A DNA stretch of 64,000 bases from an uncultured Gemmatimonadales bacterium (lineage in GTDB: Bacteria; Gemmatimonadota; Gemmatimonadetes; Gemmatimonadales; GWC2-71-9): positions 96,001-160,000 of the forward strand of contig CAVVKJ010000010.1 in assembly GCA_963748815.1 (NCBI GenBank). Reading direction: 5' to 3'. Positions 30,619-41,925 of this stretch are shown in pieces; the stretch's first letter is position 1; each line of letters begins with the position of its first letter. The position numbers and the translations under genes were made by a program. Under the pieces are notes generated by a model that ran no database searches, was not told the DNA's origin, and was given only the letters and a program-made list of their open reading frames with translations.

Positions 30619-30975
30619 CTACTCCCCTGTCGGGCTGGAATCGTAGGTCATGATCGACGCGATCAGGAAGATGAACGGCACCGCGGCGAGGACCAGGGGG
30701 AGCGCCTGCGAGGTCTGCGACTCGGTGGAGTCGACGGCGCTCAATGGCAACGCGACTCGACAGGTGTCGCAGTTTGCGGTGGCGGAGGCGGGAATGCCGC
30801 TGAGGCTGTCGGTAGTGACTTGCACGGCGCGCCACCGCACCGACCGGGTGCCGGACCAGACCCGGATGACCCGGTTGGCGGGGACCGGCGTGGGGGCGGC
30901 GATCGTGGTGGGTTCCCAGGAGACGCACCCCGACATTAGCATCGCGGACACCGCGACGCGCACCGATCGATTCAC
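30619..30975 (-). CDS. Hypothetical small lipoprotein/membrane protein
   Basis: MSGC lipobox-like motif, CDTC, C-terminal TM helix. Confidence 0.55.
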   Translation of the reverse strand: MNRSVRVAVSAMLMSGCVSWEPTTIAAPTPVPANRVIRVWSGTRSVRWRAVQVTTDSLSGIPASATANCDTCRVALPLSAVDSTESQTSQALPLVLAAVPFIFLIASIMTYDSSPTGE

Positions 30976-31054
30976 GATGACTCCAGGAGCGGGGGGGACC
31001 GCGCGGCCGGTTCGGTCCGATGGACTGCTGGGAGGGGAGACGACAGGTGGGACC

Positions 31055-31083
31055 CGCGCTGCACACTCGAGCGGTGCAGCGCG
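31055..31083 (-). terminator. Hairpin at the end of the OFOR-Rnf operon
   Basis: CGCGCTGCAC ... GTGCAGCGCG perfect 10-bp inverted repeat ~30 bp after the last gene; no U tract. Confidence 0.4.
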
Positions 31084-31115
31084 CCTAGTTGTGGTGCGGC
31101 GTGCCTCTCAATGCG

Positions 31116-31469
31116 TCACGTCGGCTCGAGGTGGTCGACCACCCAGCGGCCGTCGGCGCCGCACGCCGAACACCCCGCCTTGCCGTCGCCATAGAGGATC
31201 ATCTCCGTCTGGCCGAAGCAGAAGGGGCAATCGGCCCGGACGGTCTGGAGCGAATCGAGCGGGATGCCGTTGCGGACGATCCGCCGCACCATCGCGCCCG
31301 GCTCGGCGGCCCCCAAGGGACAGAGGTGTCCGGTGCACTGGGCGCCGATTTCAAGACAAATCAGCTCGGCGTCGCTCACCTGCGCCTGGCCCTCGTTGGA
31401 GGGCTCCTCGGTAATCAGCACCCGGACCGGCCGGTCGCACGCGCTGCAGAACAGTTTCTGGCTTTGCAT
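31116..31469 (-). CDS. Cys-rich hypothetical protein (Zn ribbon or Fe-S)
   Basis: GGAGGAGA RBS; CSAC, C..C..C, CPFC, CSAC (9 Cys). Confidence 0.7.
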   Translation of the reverse strand: MQSQKLFCSACDRPVRVLITEEPSNEGQAQVSDAELICLEIGAQCTGHLCPLGAAEPGAMVRRIVRNGIPLDSLQTVRADCPFCFGQTEMILYGDGKAGCSACGADGRWVVDHLEPT

Positions 31470-31486
31470 CTCTCCTCCAGCGTGAT

Positions 31487-32479
31487 CTAGGTAAGCGGCG
31501 TGACCTCGGCGTCGGCGAGAACCCGGCGCGCCACGCGGAGCGCCGTCTCCCCGGACATCCCGAACACCGCGGTCCCCGCCGCATCGGCATGCATCGCGTT
31601 GTCACCCTGCACGGTGACGCTATGGATCGCGGAGCGCCGTGGCGCCGCCGTGCGGGGGTCGATCAGGTGGTGGTACCGTACGCCGTGCCACGTGAAGTAC
31701 CGCTCGTAGTCTCCGGACGTGGTCACCGCCCGGTCGGCCACGGCCAGCCGACCGGCCAACCGATCGAGCTGGTGCGGGTCGCGGATGCCCACTTCCCAGG
31801 GAGCGCCGTCGGGCCCGTGGCCCAGGGCGTAGAGGTCGCCGCCGACGGTCACGATGGCGCTCGACACGCCGCGCGCGCGCAAAGCCGCCACCGACCGGTC
31901 GATGCCATATCCCTTCGCGATTCCCCCCAGGTCCAGCTGGACGTCGGGGTCGTTGAATCGCACCTGGTGCGACGCACCTACGCGCGAGAGATCCACCTTC
32001 CGCCACAGACCCCGCGACGCCAGTCGAGCCACCGAGGTGCCCGCGGGTGGCTGCTTGCGGTTCAGCACATCCCAGAGCACGGAGGCAGAGCCGAGCGCCG
32101 GGTCGAAGGCGCCGTCGCTCACAGACGACCAGGTCAGCGCCGACTGGATGACGAACGCGGTTTCTGCGGACACCGCGACCCCGTCACTCCCGGCGCCAAG
32201 GTTCACCCGTCCGATGTCGGAGTCGGACCGGAACCGCGTCATCAGCTGTTCCACCCGCCGCAGCTCCGCGATGGCGGCGTCGATGCTCGCTTCGGCCAGG
32301 CGGGGGTCCGAATGCGCCACCTGCACCTCCGCGATGGTGCCCATGACCGGGAACGAGCGTCGGACCAGCTGCAGCCGCTGTCGAAGGGCCAGGGGGATCG
32401 AGAGGGCGACGAACACGCCGCTGCCGATGGCGAGGAATTCGCGCCGGGTGGGGCGCCGCCGGAACAGGTCATCGGACAT
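31487..32479 (-). CDS. apbE: FAD:protein FMN transferase (Tat-exported)
   Basis: RREFL Tat motif, VMGT, GAFDP, DLGGIAKGY, GGD, TTSGDYE, HHLIDP. Confidence 0.93.
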   Translation of the reverse strand: MSDDLFRRRPTRREFLAIGSGVFVALSIPLALRQRLQLVRRSFPVMGTIAEVQVAHSDPRLAEASIDAAIAELRRVEQLMTRFRSDSDIGRVNLGAGSDGVAVSAETAFVIQSALTWSSVSDGAFDPALGSASVLWDVLNRKQPPAGTSVARLASRGLWRKVDLSRVGASHQVRFNDPDVQLDLGGIAKGYGIDRSVAALRARGVSSAIVTVGGDLYALGHGPDGAPWEVGIRDPHQLDRLAGRLAVADRAVTTSGDYERYFTWHGVRYHHLIDPRTAAPRRSAIHSVTVQGDNAMHADAAGTAVFGMSGETALRVARRVLADAEVTPLT

Positions 32480-32618
32480 CGGTGTCTCCTTCGTGGTCGT
32501 ACCGCTCGCAGGAGCGGCCGCATCCGCTGCAGTGTCCGTTGCAGTCGCGGTGGGGCAGCAGGCCGAAGAGGACGAACATGCCGGCGCAGAGCGCCACGGC
32601 GATGATGGTGGTGGTCAT
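32469..32618 (-). CDS. 49-aa single-TM protein with CxxxCxxCxxxC (NqrM / FeoB-associated Cys-rich-like)
   Basis: MTTTIIAVALCAGMFVLFGLLPHRDCNGHCSGCGRSCERY...; ATGA coupling to rnfA, overlaps the apbE start. Confidence 0.7.
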   Translation of the reverse strand: MTTTIIAVALCAGMFVLFGLLPHRDCNGHCSGCGRSCERYDHEGDTDVR

Positions 32619-33193
32619 GGCGCGCTCCCCATCCCGGCAAATCCCATGAACGCCATCGAGAGGACCGAGGCGACCACCAGGACCAGCCCCATCCCCCGCG
32701 CCACCACCGGCACGTCGGCCACGTCCATGCGCTCGCGGATCGAGGCCATCAGCGACAGCGCGAGTGTCAGCCCCAAGCCGCCGCCGAGCGCAAACACGAT
32801 GGACTCCGGAAGGGTGTACTGGCGCGCGGTCTGGAAGAGCGCCAGGCCGAGAATGGCGCAATTGGTGGTGATCAGCGGGAGGAAGATGCCCAGCTGCCGG
32901 AACAGCACCGGGGAGAACTTCTTGATCGCCATTTCCACGATCTGTACGCCGGAGGCGATCACCACGATGAACGCGATGGTGCGGAGGAAGGGCACCTGGG
33001 TGAGCACATAGGTGTTGAGGGTCCAGGCGCCCAGGGCGGTCAGCAGCATCACGAAGGTGTTGGCGACGCCCAGCCGCCAGGCGGTGCCGATCTTCGAGGT
33101 GACCCCGAAGAAGGGGCAGAGCCCGAGGAACATCGCCAGCGTGAAGTTGCTGACCAGCAGGGTCGAGACGAAGATCCAGGCGAGGTTGCTCAT
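32615..33193 (-). CDS. rnfA: Rnf complex subunit A
   Basis: NF.L.MFLGLCPFFG, LGIFLPLITTNCAILG, SMAFMGF. Confidence 0.93.
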   Translation of the reverse strand: MSNLAWIFVSTLLVSNFTLAMFLGLCPFFGVTSKIGTAWRLGVANTFVMLLTALGAWTLNTYVLTQVPFLRTIAFIVVIASGVQIVEMAIKKFSPVLFRQLGIFLPLITTNCAILGLALFQTARQYTLPESIVFALGGGLGLTLALSLMASIRERMDVADVPVVARGMGLVLVVASVLSMAFMGFAGMGSAP

Positions 33194-33861
33194 GCCACCG
33201 CCCGGGCGCGCCGCCGGCGCGCTTCCGCGACCCAGGCGAGGCAGAGCATCAGGAGGCCAAGGGTCAGGAAGCCGCCGGGGGGCATCACCATGAACACCCA
33301 GGGCTCGAAGTTCGGCCCGAAGACGTTGTAGTTCAGGAGCGAGCCGCGGCCGAGCAGCTCGCGAATGCTGCTGATGAGGACGAGGGCCAGCGTGAAGCCC
33401 AGCCCCATGCCGATCCCGTCTGCCAGGGCGCGCACCGGCCGGACCTTGGCGGCGAACGCTTCGGCACGCCCGAGCACGATGCAGTTGACGACGATCAGCG
33501 GCATGAACGGGCCCAGCGCCTTGCTGATGTCGGGAAAGGTCGCGGCCAGCAGCAGGTCCACGACGGTCACGAAGGTGGCGATGATGAGGACATACGAGGT
33601 GATCCGAACCTCGCCGGGGATCACCTTCCGGAACAGCGACACGAACACCTCGGACCCGACCAGGACCAGGAGGGTCGCCGCGCCCATCGCCAGGCCGTTG
33701 GCCAGCGTGTTGGTGACGGCCATCGACGGGCAGAGCCCGAGCATCTGGATCAGCACGGGATTCTCCCGACTGATGCCGCGCCAGATATCGGCGCCGAACG
33801 CCGCCGGCGGCGGCGCACCGGGAACGAAATCCGGTTGACTGGCGGATGTGCCGGCGGTCAC
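33190..33861 (-). CDS. rnfE: Rnf complex subunit E
   Basis: ENP...MLGLCP.MAVT, PLIVVNC..LGRAE, IRELLG.G, PPGGFL. Confidence 0.93.
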   Translation of the reverse strand: MTAGTSASQPDFVPGAPPPAAFGADIWRGISRENPVLIQMLGLCPSMAVTNTLANGLAMGAATLLVLVGSEVFVSLFRKVIPGEVRITSYVLIIATFVTVVDLLLAATFPDISKALGPFMPLIVVNCIVLGRAEAFAAKVRPVRALADGIGMGLGFTLALVLISSIRELLGRGSLLNYNVFGPNFEPWVFMVMPPGGFLTLGLLMLCLAWVAEARRRRARAVA

Positions 33862-34529
33862 GGGGCACCCCCCTGGTGCCAGGCGGCGAGGAGCGGGCTC
33901 CACCTGGCGACGGCGTTGTTGATGATTCGCACCACTGCGCGCGACGAAATGGTGGCCCCGGTGATGGTCTGGACTTCGTCACGCCCGCCGCCGGTTGCGC
34001 CCTTCACGCCCCGGAGGGGCGGGAGGCGGCCGGCAAACTGGCTGGTGAACGCGGTGTCCATCTCGATCTTGTCGCCCAGCCCCGGAGTCTCCTTCTGCTC
34101 CAGGACCCGGAAGCCGATCAGCTCGCCGGTCGCAGGTCTGAACCCGATCATGATGGTCACGTTGTCCTGGAAGCCCGGCTCGGTGCCGGTGATGGCGACC
34201 CCCAGTTCGTTCCCGTCCGCATCGAAGCCGACAAAGGCCCGCGGCGCGCGCTTGAGTCCCTTGGTGGCTGGGGCGGTCCGGGTCAGCGCGTCATCGACCA
34301 GGTACAGGGTGTCCCAGCGCGTCGGCGCGCCGAGCACTTCGTAGACAGCCGCCTTTTCCCGCTCGGCGGCATGCTGTTCGATGGCCGGCAGGGTCCACTG
34401 ATACACCGACGAAATCAGCCAGCCGGAGACGGCCCCGGCGATGGCGAGGGTCGCCACCAGGCGCCACGCAGGCGTACTGGCCCGCGGAGTCGCGGCGGGA
34501 GGGGCGCCGTGTGAATGGGGCGCGGTCAT
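33858..34529 (-). CDS. rnfG: Rnf complex subunit G (FMN-binding)
   Basis: N-terminal TM, ETPGLG, TITGATISSRAV flavinylation motif. Confidence 0.92.
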   Translation of the reverse strand: MTAPHSHGAPPAATPRASTPAWRLVATLAIAGAVSGWLISSVYQWTLPAIEQHAAEREKAAVYEVLGAPTRWDTLYLVDDALTRTAPATKGLKRAPRAFVGFDADGNELGVAITGTEPGFQDNVTIMIGFRPATGELIGFRVLEQKETPGLGDKIEMDTAFTSQFAGRLPPLRGVKGATGGGRDEVQTITGATISSRAVVRIINNAVARWSPLLAAWHQGGAP

Positions 34530-35530
34530 GCCGCCCCCTTCCGCACGGCACCGAAGACGCGGGGCTGCGTGGCGCGGTTGATGAACGGCACCAGCGCGTT
34601 CATGAACAGAATCGCGTACATCACCCCTTCCGGGAGGCCGCCCCAGAGGCGAATCACCACCACCAGCACACCGACCCCGGCCCCGAACACCCAGCGGCCG
34701 CGGTTGGTCACGGGCGACGTCACCATGTCGGTGGCCATGTACACCGCGCCGAGCATCAGGCCGCCGGAGAAGAGCATGAACAGCGCGTCGGGACGCGCGG
34801 CGTCCACGAGGTGCATGACGGTGCTGAGCGCCGCGACCGTCAGGAAGATGCTGGCCGGGATCCGCCAGTTGAGATAGCCGCGGAACGCGAGGTACGCGCC
34901 GCAGGCCAGGATCACGATCGCCGCCGTCTCGCCGAGCGAGCCGCCGGTGTTGCCCATCACGAGATGCAGAAGGTCGGTGCCCTTGCCCTCGAACTTGAGG
35001 AGTCCGAGCGGGGTAGCCGAGGTGATGGCGTCAGTGACGGGATGCATGAACGGCAGGGCGAAGAGATCGCCGCGGAGGGTCCAGAACGACCCGCCGCCTT
35101 CAGGCCAGGTGGTGATGGCCACGGGAAAGGCGGCCTGCAGGAAGGCGCGGCCCACGAGGGCGGGGTTGAACACGTTCTGGCCGAGGCCCCCCCAGACGAT
35201 CTTCCCGAATCCGATACCGAAGGCGCCGCCGAGGGCGGCCATCCAGAGCGGCATGCCGGCCGGCAGGGTGAGGCCGAGCAGGAGGCCGGTGATGACGGCC
35301 GACCCGTCGGCGAGTGAGCCTCCGCGGCCGAACGCCCGCTCCGTGGCCAGCGCGCCCAGCGCCGCGGCACTGATGACCAGCAGGGCGCTGATCCCGAAGA
35401 ACCAGGCCGCCGCCGCGATGACCGGCACCAGCGTTCCGACGACGTTCCACATGATGACCGGCGTGGAGTCCTGCGACCGCACGTGCGGTGACGCCGTGAT
35501 GACGAGGCCCGGCTGGCGGGGCGCGCTCAT
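34526..35530 (-). CDS. rnfD: Rnf complex subunit D
   Basis: SPH, DGSAVITG, GGLGQNVFNPALVGR, ITSATPL, GSLGET, MATD..TSP, PEGV.YAIL.MN. Confidence 0.93.
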   Translation of the reverse strand: MSAPRQPGLVITASPHVRSQDSTPVIMWNVVGTLVPVIAAAAWFFGISALLVISAAALGALATERAFGRGGSLADGSAVITGLLLGLTLPAGMPLWMAALGGAFGIGFGKIVWGGLGQNVFNPALVGRAFLQAAFPVAITTWPEGGGSFWTLRGDLFALPFMHPVTDAITSATPLGLLKFEGKGTDLLHLVMGNTGGSLGETAAIVILACGAYLAFRGYLNWRIPASIFLTVAALSTVMHLVDAARPDALFMLFSGGLMLGAVYMATDMVTSPVTNRGRWVFGAGVGVLVVVIRLWGGLPEGVMYAILFMNALVPFINRATQPRVFGAVRKGAA

Positions 35531-36853
35531 GCCGCCCCCGCCGCGGCGCGGCGCAGCGCCACCTTGCTGGCCTGGAAGAGCTGGGAGAGCGGGATGTTCG
35601 ACGGGCAGACATAGGAGCACGAGCCGCAGAGCATGCAGTCCGAGAGGTGGGCGTCCGCCATGTCGTCGAACCGGTTGACCCGGGCCAGGTCGCCGAGCAG
35701 CGATGGATTGAGGAAGACCGGGCAGGCGTCGAGGCAGCGGCCGCAGTGGATGCAGGGATACACCTTCTCGAGCCGCGTCTCGTGCCGCTGCAGGACCACC
35801 ACGCCGGTCGTCCCCTTCAGGACCGGGGCGTCGAGATTGGCCTGCGCCTGTCCCATCATCGGCCCGCCGATGATCACCTCGGCGGCATCGGGCGCCAGCC
35901 CGCCGCAGTAGTCCAGCAGGTCCCGCAACTTGGTGCCGACCGGCACGATGAGGTTGGCCGGCTTCACCAGGCCATGCCCCGAAACGGTCACGATCCGCTC
36001 GATCAATGGCAGTCCCGTTTCGAACACCTCCGCGATGGCGGCGACCGACCCGACGTTCTGCACCACCACCCCGACCGTGACCGGCAACTTGCCGGAAGGG
36101 ACCTCGACCCCCGTGACCGCCTGGATGAGCATCTTCTCGGCGCCCTGCGGGTACTTGACGGTCAGCGGAAGAATCGTGATGTCGAGGTCGGCGGGGAGCG
36201 CGCCGCGCAGCGCCTCGATCGCGTCCGGCTTGTTCCGCTCCACACCGACCACGCACTTCGTCACCTTCATGGCGTGCATCATGACCCGGATGCCGAACAT
36301 GCACCCGGGCGGGATACTCCGCCATGGTGCGGTGGTCGGAGGTCAGGTACGGCTCGCACTCGGCGCCGTTGATGATGAGGGTATGGACCGGGAAGTCGGC
36401 GGGCGGGGCCAGCTTGACGTGGGTGGGGAAGGCGGCCCCGCCGAGGCCGACGACCCCGGCCTCCTGTACGGCGCGGACCACGTCGTCGGTGGAGAGCCCT
36501 TCCCAGTGCGGCACCATCCGGGGCCGCGGGACCTGCGCGGCGTAGCGGTCCACCGCGATGCGCACCGCGGTGGACATGGTGCCGTCGGGGTGGGGCCACA
36601 TCCCGATATCGGTCACCCGGCCGGCCGCGGAGGAGTGGATGGGGACCGACACCAAGCCATCGGCCAGCCCGACCGGGTCGCCCCGCTCGACGTGGTCGCC
36701 CACCTGCACGCAGACCGTGGCCGGCTTCCCGGCGTGCTGGCGCAGCGGAAGCACGATCTCGTCGGGGAAGGGCATCCGACGGATCGGGAGCTGATGGGTC
36801 AGCTCCTTCGCCTCGGGCGGGTGGACGCCGTGCCGGAATCCGGGAGAGCGCAT
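35527..36853 (-). CDS. rnfC: Rnf complex subunit C (frameshift ~36302)
   Basis: GVHP, QHAG.P, GLGGAAFPTHVK, NGAECEPY, YPQGAE, GGPMMG, CIHCGRC..ACP, CMLCGSC..VCP. Confidence 0.93.
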
Positions 36854-36863
36854 CAGCCGGCGC

Positions 36864-39800
36864 TCAGTTGAACTTCGCCGCGCGCGCGATCCACTTGTCC
36901 AGGTCCTTCTCCTTCGGGTTGAGCGGCGTGCCCGGGTGGATGATGGACACCGGGCAGCGTTCCGCAGCGGTCACCAGCTGCTTGAAGGTCCCGGCCGACG
37001 CGTCCTTGACGTAGGCCTGCTTGTCCGCGTTGTAGGCGAACAGCTTCTTGTTGATGTTGGTGCACTCGTCGCAGGTGGTGCACCGATCGGAGTCGATGTA
37101 CGCCTCGAGCGCCATCCCTTCATCCTCATCCACCCCGGCCGGCGGCGTCGGTGCCGGCGCGACCGCAGCCGCGGCCGCGACGGGCGCCACGGCGGCGGGG
37201 GTGGCCGCGTTCGCCGCTGCCGGCGGAGCGGCCGGGGCGGTCGTGACCGCAGTACCGTTCGGCGGCAGCGTCGCGGCGGGGAGCTCCGCGAGGAACTCCG
37301 CAACCGCCGCCGAGCCCCCTGCTTTCGACAGCAACGCCGTGGCGAGCTGGCGGGCCATCTGCGCCGGGTAGCTGGCGCGGAGGTCGGTCAGTTTCTGCTC
37401 GTACTCGGCGCGCAGTGCGGCGCTCCGCGACACGAACTCCTCCTCCAGGGAGGCGGCCACCAGGTCGCGCACGGCAGGCGCCACCTCGAGCCCGGCGAGT
37501 TGCCGGAGCTGCGACCAGAACATCTGCCGCTCTTCCGCCAGCTGCACGATTTCTCGCGACACCCGCAACCGCCGGAGCGTGCGGTCCTTCGTCAGGGCAA
37601 GGATGTACGGGGTCAGGCCGTCTCGTTCCTCGGGGGAGAGGGCGAAATACTCGTGGAACGGCTTCATCTCCTCGTTCCACTCGCCGGCCGGCACCTCCTT
37701 GAAGTGCTGCTTGAAGCGCGCTTCGGTCGCGGCCCAGTCGGCGATCGTCACCGGCAGTTCCAGCGCCTCCTCCGACCCGGACTCGTCGAGGAACCGCAAG
37801 GTGTACGTCGGCCAGAGGTCGTCGACCGAGGGATTGCCCTCGAGGGAGAGCTGGTCGGCGTAGGTCGGGCCGGCGTCGGGGTCGAAGGTGAGGAAGGGGA
37901 ACGCCCGGCTCTCGAGCGCCAGCCGCGCCGCGTGTTGCGACCAGTCGTCCGCCAGGCCGTGCTCGACGGGGCAGGGGGTGTACACGTTGATCAGGACCGG
38001 CCGCCGCTTGTGCAGTCCGCGCAGGACGCCGCCGATCAGGTGCGAGGCGGCGGCCTGCGAGGTCTGGTGCACGTACACGCCGCGGTGGGCGATGGCGAGC
38101 AGCGCGAGCTCCTTCCGGACCTCCGTCTTGCCGTGCTGCGCCTTGCCGAAGCCGGACATGTCGGCCACCTGGCCGGTGAAGCCCGAGGTGCAGGCCTGGC
38201 CGCCGGTGTTCGAGTACACCTGCGTGTCGAGCACCACGACCCGGATCGGCTTGCCGGAGGCCAGCAGGCGCGAGAGGTTCTGGAACCCGATGTCGAGCAT
38301 GGCGCCGTCGCCGCCCATCGCGATGATCGGCGGGCAGAGCGCGAACTCGTCGTCGTCGAATTGGGCCCAGGTGAGGGACGACAGCTCCTCATCGTGCGTG
38401 GCCGGGTCGTAGGAGCCGTCGCGGAGCAGCTCCGCGCGCCGGACCAGCGCCGACGTTGTCGGCCATCTTTCGCATCTGTGCCTCGAAGAGGCCGATCGCG
38501 ATCGACGGCGCGTCCTGGAAGAGGTGGTTCACCCAGGGGAACGGGTAGGGGTTGTAGGGATAGGTGCTGCCCCAGACCGAGGAGCAGCCGGTGCTGTTCG
38601 ACATGCCCAGCGGCGCGCGGCCAGCCCCGCTCGGGCCTGCCTGGTAGCGCCACTTGAGGTCGCGCAGCTCGGCAATGGTCTCGGTCAGGCGGGCGAGCCG
38701 CTCCCGCTTGGCCGCATCCACCGGTACGGCGGCGCTTCCAGTCCCCTTGGCCGCGGCGTCGAGGTCCGCCCCGGAGGCCAGCAGTTCACGGGCGGAGCCA
38801 TCCAGTGCCGTGATCAGCTCCTCGAGGTGGGCGATGTGCTCCTTCACCCGGGGCTGCATCGAGGCGAATATCGCGGAGACGATCAGGTGGACCGCCGTCT
38901 TCTCGCCGCATCCCATGCAGGCGCCGTCGCCGCCGACCATGGAGCGATAGGTGGCCTTCTTGAGGAGGAGCGAGGAGAGCACGCCGATCCCCTCGTCGAC
39001 GTCGGATACGTTGACGAACCGGTCATCGGTGTCCGGCAGCTCCTGCCACACCTCCCAGTTGCGGCGCAGCAGCGCCAGTGAATCGTCGTCCTGCCGGACG
39101 GTGATGAGGGCGCCGTCGGGACAGACGTCCACGCAGAGGTTGCACCCCTTGCATGCCTCCGGATTGACCGTCACCGACAGCAGCCCACCGGTTCCCTTCG
39201 CCTTCCCCTCCACCGCGTCAAAGAAGGGCCGGGTGCGCGCCAGCGGGAACTCCGCCACCCGCTGCTGGACCTGCCCTGCCTCGGCGTCGGTGGCTGCCCG
39301 CCGATCCGCGTCCCACCCCATCTTGTCTGCCACGGACGCGTAGCCCTTCGCGAAGGCGGCTGAGACCGCCAGCTCCGGTTCCTTGGCGAGGAGCCGCTGG
39401 ACCTCGCGGGCCCACGGCTTGACGATCGGGCGCATCCGTTCCAGGCGGTTGCCGTTGGCGGCCGCGGCGACCACCGCGTTCAGGACATCCTCAGGACCGT
39501 TGACCAACCCCGGAATGGCGGCGTCGGGACACTGGGTCCAGCACTGGGCGCAGCCGGTGCAGTTCTCGGCGATGAAGGCGGGAATTTCCATCCGGACGCC
39601 GCTCATGTCGCGCACCGCGCCGGTGGCGGCTGGAATCGCGCTGATGGCGGCGAAGGGATCGGCAATGCCGTCCTGCCCGGTCGTGCAACTGGAGCAGACC
39701 TGCTCCCAGAAGCGGCCGGGGTTGCCGATGCCCGGCTGCGCATCGGCCACATCGAGCATTCGTGGGATGTGTGGCACGGCGCCGGGCGCGTCAGGCGTGA

Positions 39801-41925
39801 TGCTCGCGATTGCCTCGACTGGGTGCACCTCGTCGAAGCCTCGGCGGATGACGCGGACATTGTCCTCCACCACCGCGGTCCCGCGGTGGCCGAACTTCTT
39901 CTTCAGCTGCTCCTTGATCCCCTCGAAGAGCCGCGCCTCGCTCACTTCTTCCTTCTGGAGCATCGGGGAGGCCCGGAAGAAGGCACCGAGAAAGGCGGCG
40001 CCCTGCATCCGGTACCGAAGCTCGACGTCACTCGCCTCTTCCCTGGCGATGGCGAAGGCATCGAGCACAAACACCTTGATCTTCCGATCCCGGATGGTGT
40101 TGCGCGCCTGCGCCGGGAGGGTCAGCCAGAACGCTGTCGGGCGACAGGTCGGTCTGGATGACGAAGATGCCACCGGCCGCCAGCCCCGCGAGCGGGTCGC
40201 TGTGCCGGAAGACATTCGGGTCGGGGAGAGCACCACGTCCACGTGCTTCAGTTCGCAGTTCAGGCGGACCGGGTCGTGGGCGAGCACCGCGTAGAACGTG
40301 GTCGGCTGCCCCTTCTTCTCGGAGCCGTACTTCGGGTTCGCCTTGATCTGCATGCCAAAGAGCTCGAACGCCGTCATCGCGAGGTTCTTGCCCATCGTGA
40401 TGGCGCCCCAGCCGCCCACCGAGTGGATGCGGACCGCGGTGGAACTCTCGGGGAGGAGGTTGATGTCCCCCGCGGACGGCAACGACAGCGCGCCGACATC
40501 GGGATAGCTGTCCAGCATCCGCTCCTGCCAGATCTGCAGCTTCGGCAGGCGGGTGTCCGGCCGAATGAAGTCGATCCCGAGGTAGAACTGACGCTTCCGC
40601 GCACCCCCCGGGAGCATGTTGTCGACCGCCGCGACGATGTCGCCGGGCTGGAGGTCACGGCTGCCGAGCCCGAAGCAGCCGGAGAAGAAGTCGGGGATCT
40701 GAGTGGCCTTGAGGGCGGCTACGCCGGGGTAGGGGAGGTCACCGCCGGCCGCGCGACCATTCTCCTGCGCCTGCGACATGGCGCTGCGGAGTTCGCGGAG
40801 TATCGGCGGATCGACGGCGAGCGGCTGGTCGGTCCGCTCCAGCACCACGACCCCCTTCTTGCCGGCCAGCGCGTGGCTCAGCAGGTCGGCCGGGAAGGGG
40901 CGGAACATCGTCAGGTTGAGCACCCCGACCTTCAGCCCCCGCTTGTCGCGCAGGTAGTCGGCGACGGCCTCGGCGTTGGACACGACCGATCCCTGGCCGA
41001 GGATCACGTACTCGGCGTCCTCGAGCCGGTACCGGCCGATGCGGGCGTACCGCCGGCCGGTGAGGGCGGCATACTCCTCGAACGCCTGATCGGACAGGCC
41101 AAGGATGTGGTCGAAGTAGAAGGGCCGCTGGGCGGCGACGCCTTGCGCGTAGCTCTCCTGGTTCTGGACCACGCCGAGCATCGCCGGGTAGTCGAGGTCG
41201 AACATCTCCGGTATCCGGCGCCGGGTCTCGCCGAACACCATCTGCTGGGCCGGGGTCGGCGACGGGATGCGGTCGGCGGGGTCACCGAGGTAGGTCTTGA
41301 TGAGCTCGCGCTCCGGGAGGCGCAGCGATTCAATGACGTGCGAGGTGAGGAAGCCGTCCTGGGCGCAGATGCCGGGATTCAGCGAGAGCTCGGCGATGCG
41401 GTGCGCGATCAGGTTGAGGTCGGCGACTTCCTGGACGTCCTTGGCGAAGAGCTGGAAGAATCCGGTGTCGTCCACCGCGTGGTAGTCGTCGTGGCCGGCG
41501 TGCACGTTCAGGGCGTGCTTGGTGATGGCGCGGGCCGCCACGTTGAGCACGTAGGTGAGGCGCTTGCCGACGGCGGCATAGAGCGACTCGTGCATGTAGG
41601 CGATGCCCTGGCCGCTCGAGAAGTTCGTGGCGCGGAGGCCCGCCATCGACATGCCGGCGGTCACCGCGGCGGCGGCATGCTCCCCCTCGGGCTCGAAGAA
41701 GAGGAGGCGCCGGCCGTTCACGTTGCGGCTGCCATCGGCCACGGCGGCGGCCCACCCTTCGCCCATCTGGGTCGAGGGCGTGATCGGATAGGCACCGGCC
41801 GCCTCGCCGGCGGCGGTCTCCATGGCCACGACGGCATAGCTGCCGTCAAGCGCCTCGAGGGTTCCCGGGAAGGGAGGAGGCGCCGGCGCCTTCGCGTCGC
41901 GCTTGGGCCGAAAGATCGAGGTCAT
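36864..41925 (-). CDS. Large single-chain pyruvate:ferredoxin oxidoreductase-type enzyme with an extra C-terminal ferredoxin (frameshifts ~38450 and ~40140-40230)
   Basis: YPITPS, EGEHAAA, GGWGAIT.GK, YGSEKKG, CTGCAQC..CP, CKGCNLC..CP, ACMGCGE, TGCSSVWG, GGDGAM.DIG, DTQVYSNTGGQ, CTTCDEC...CP. Confidence 0.88.

Noticed and set aside
36290..36310. Programmed ribosomal frameshift in rnfC (and other split genes)
   Set aside because: No slippery heptamer seen; breaks are scattered across unrelated genes, consistent with sequencing indels
32615..36853. Na+-NQR complex
   Set aside because: RnfC and RnfB Fe-S signatures are present; no NqrA or NqrF
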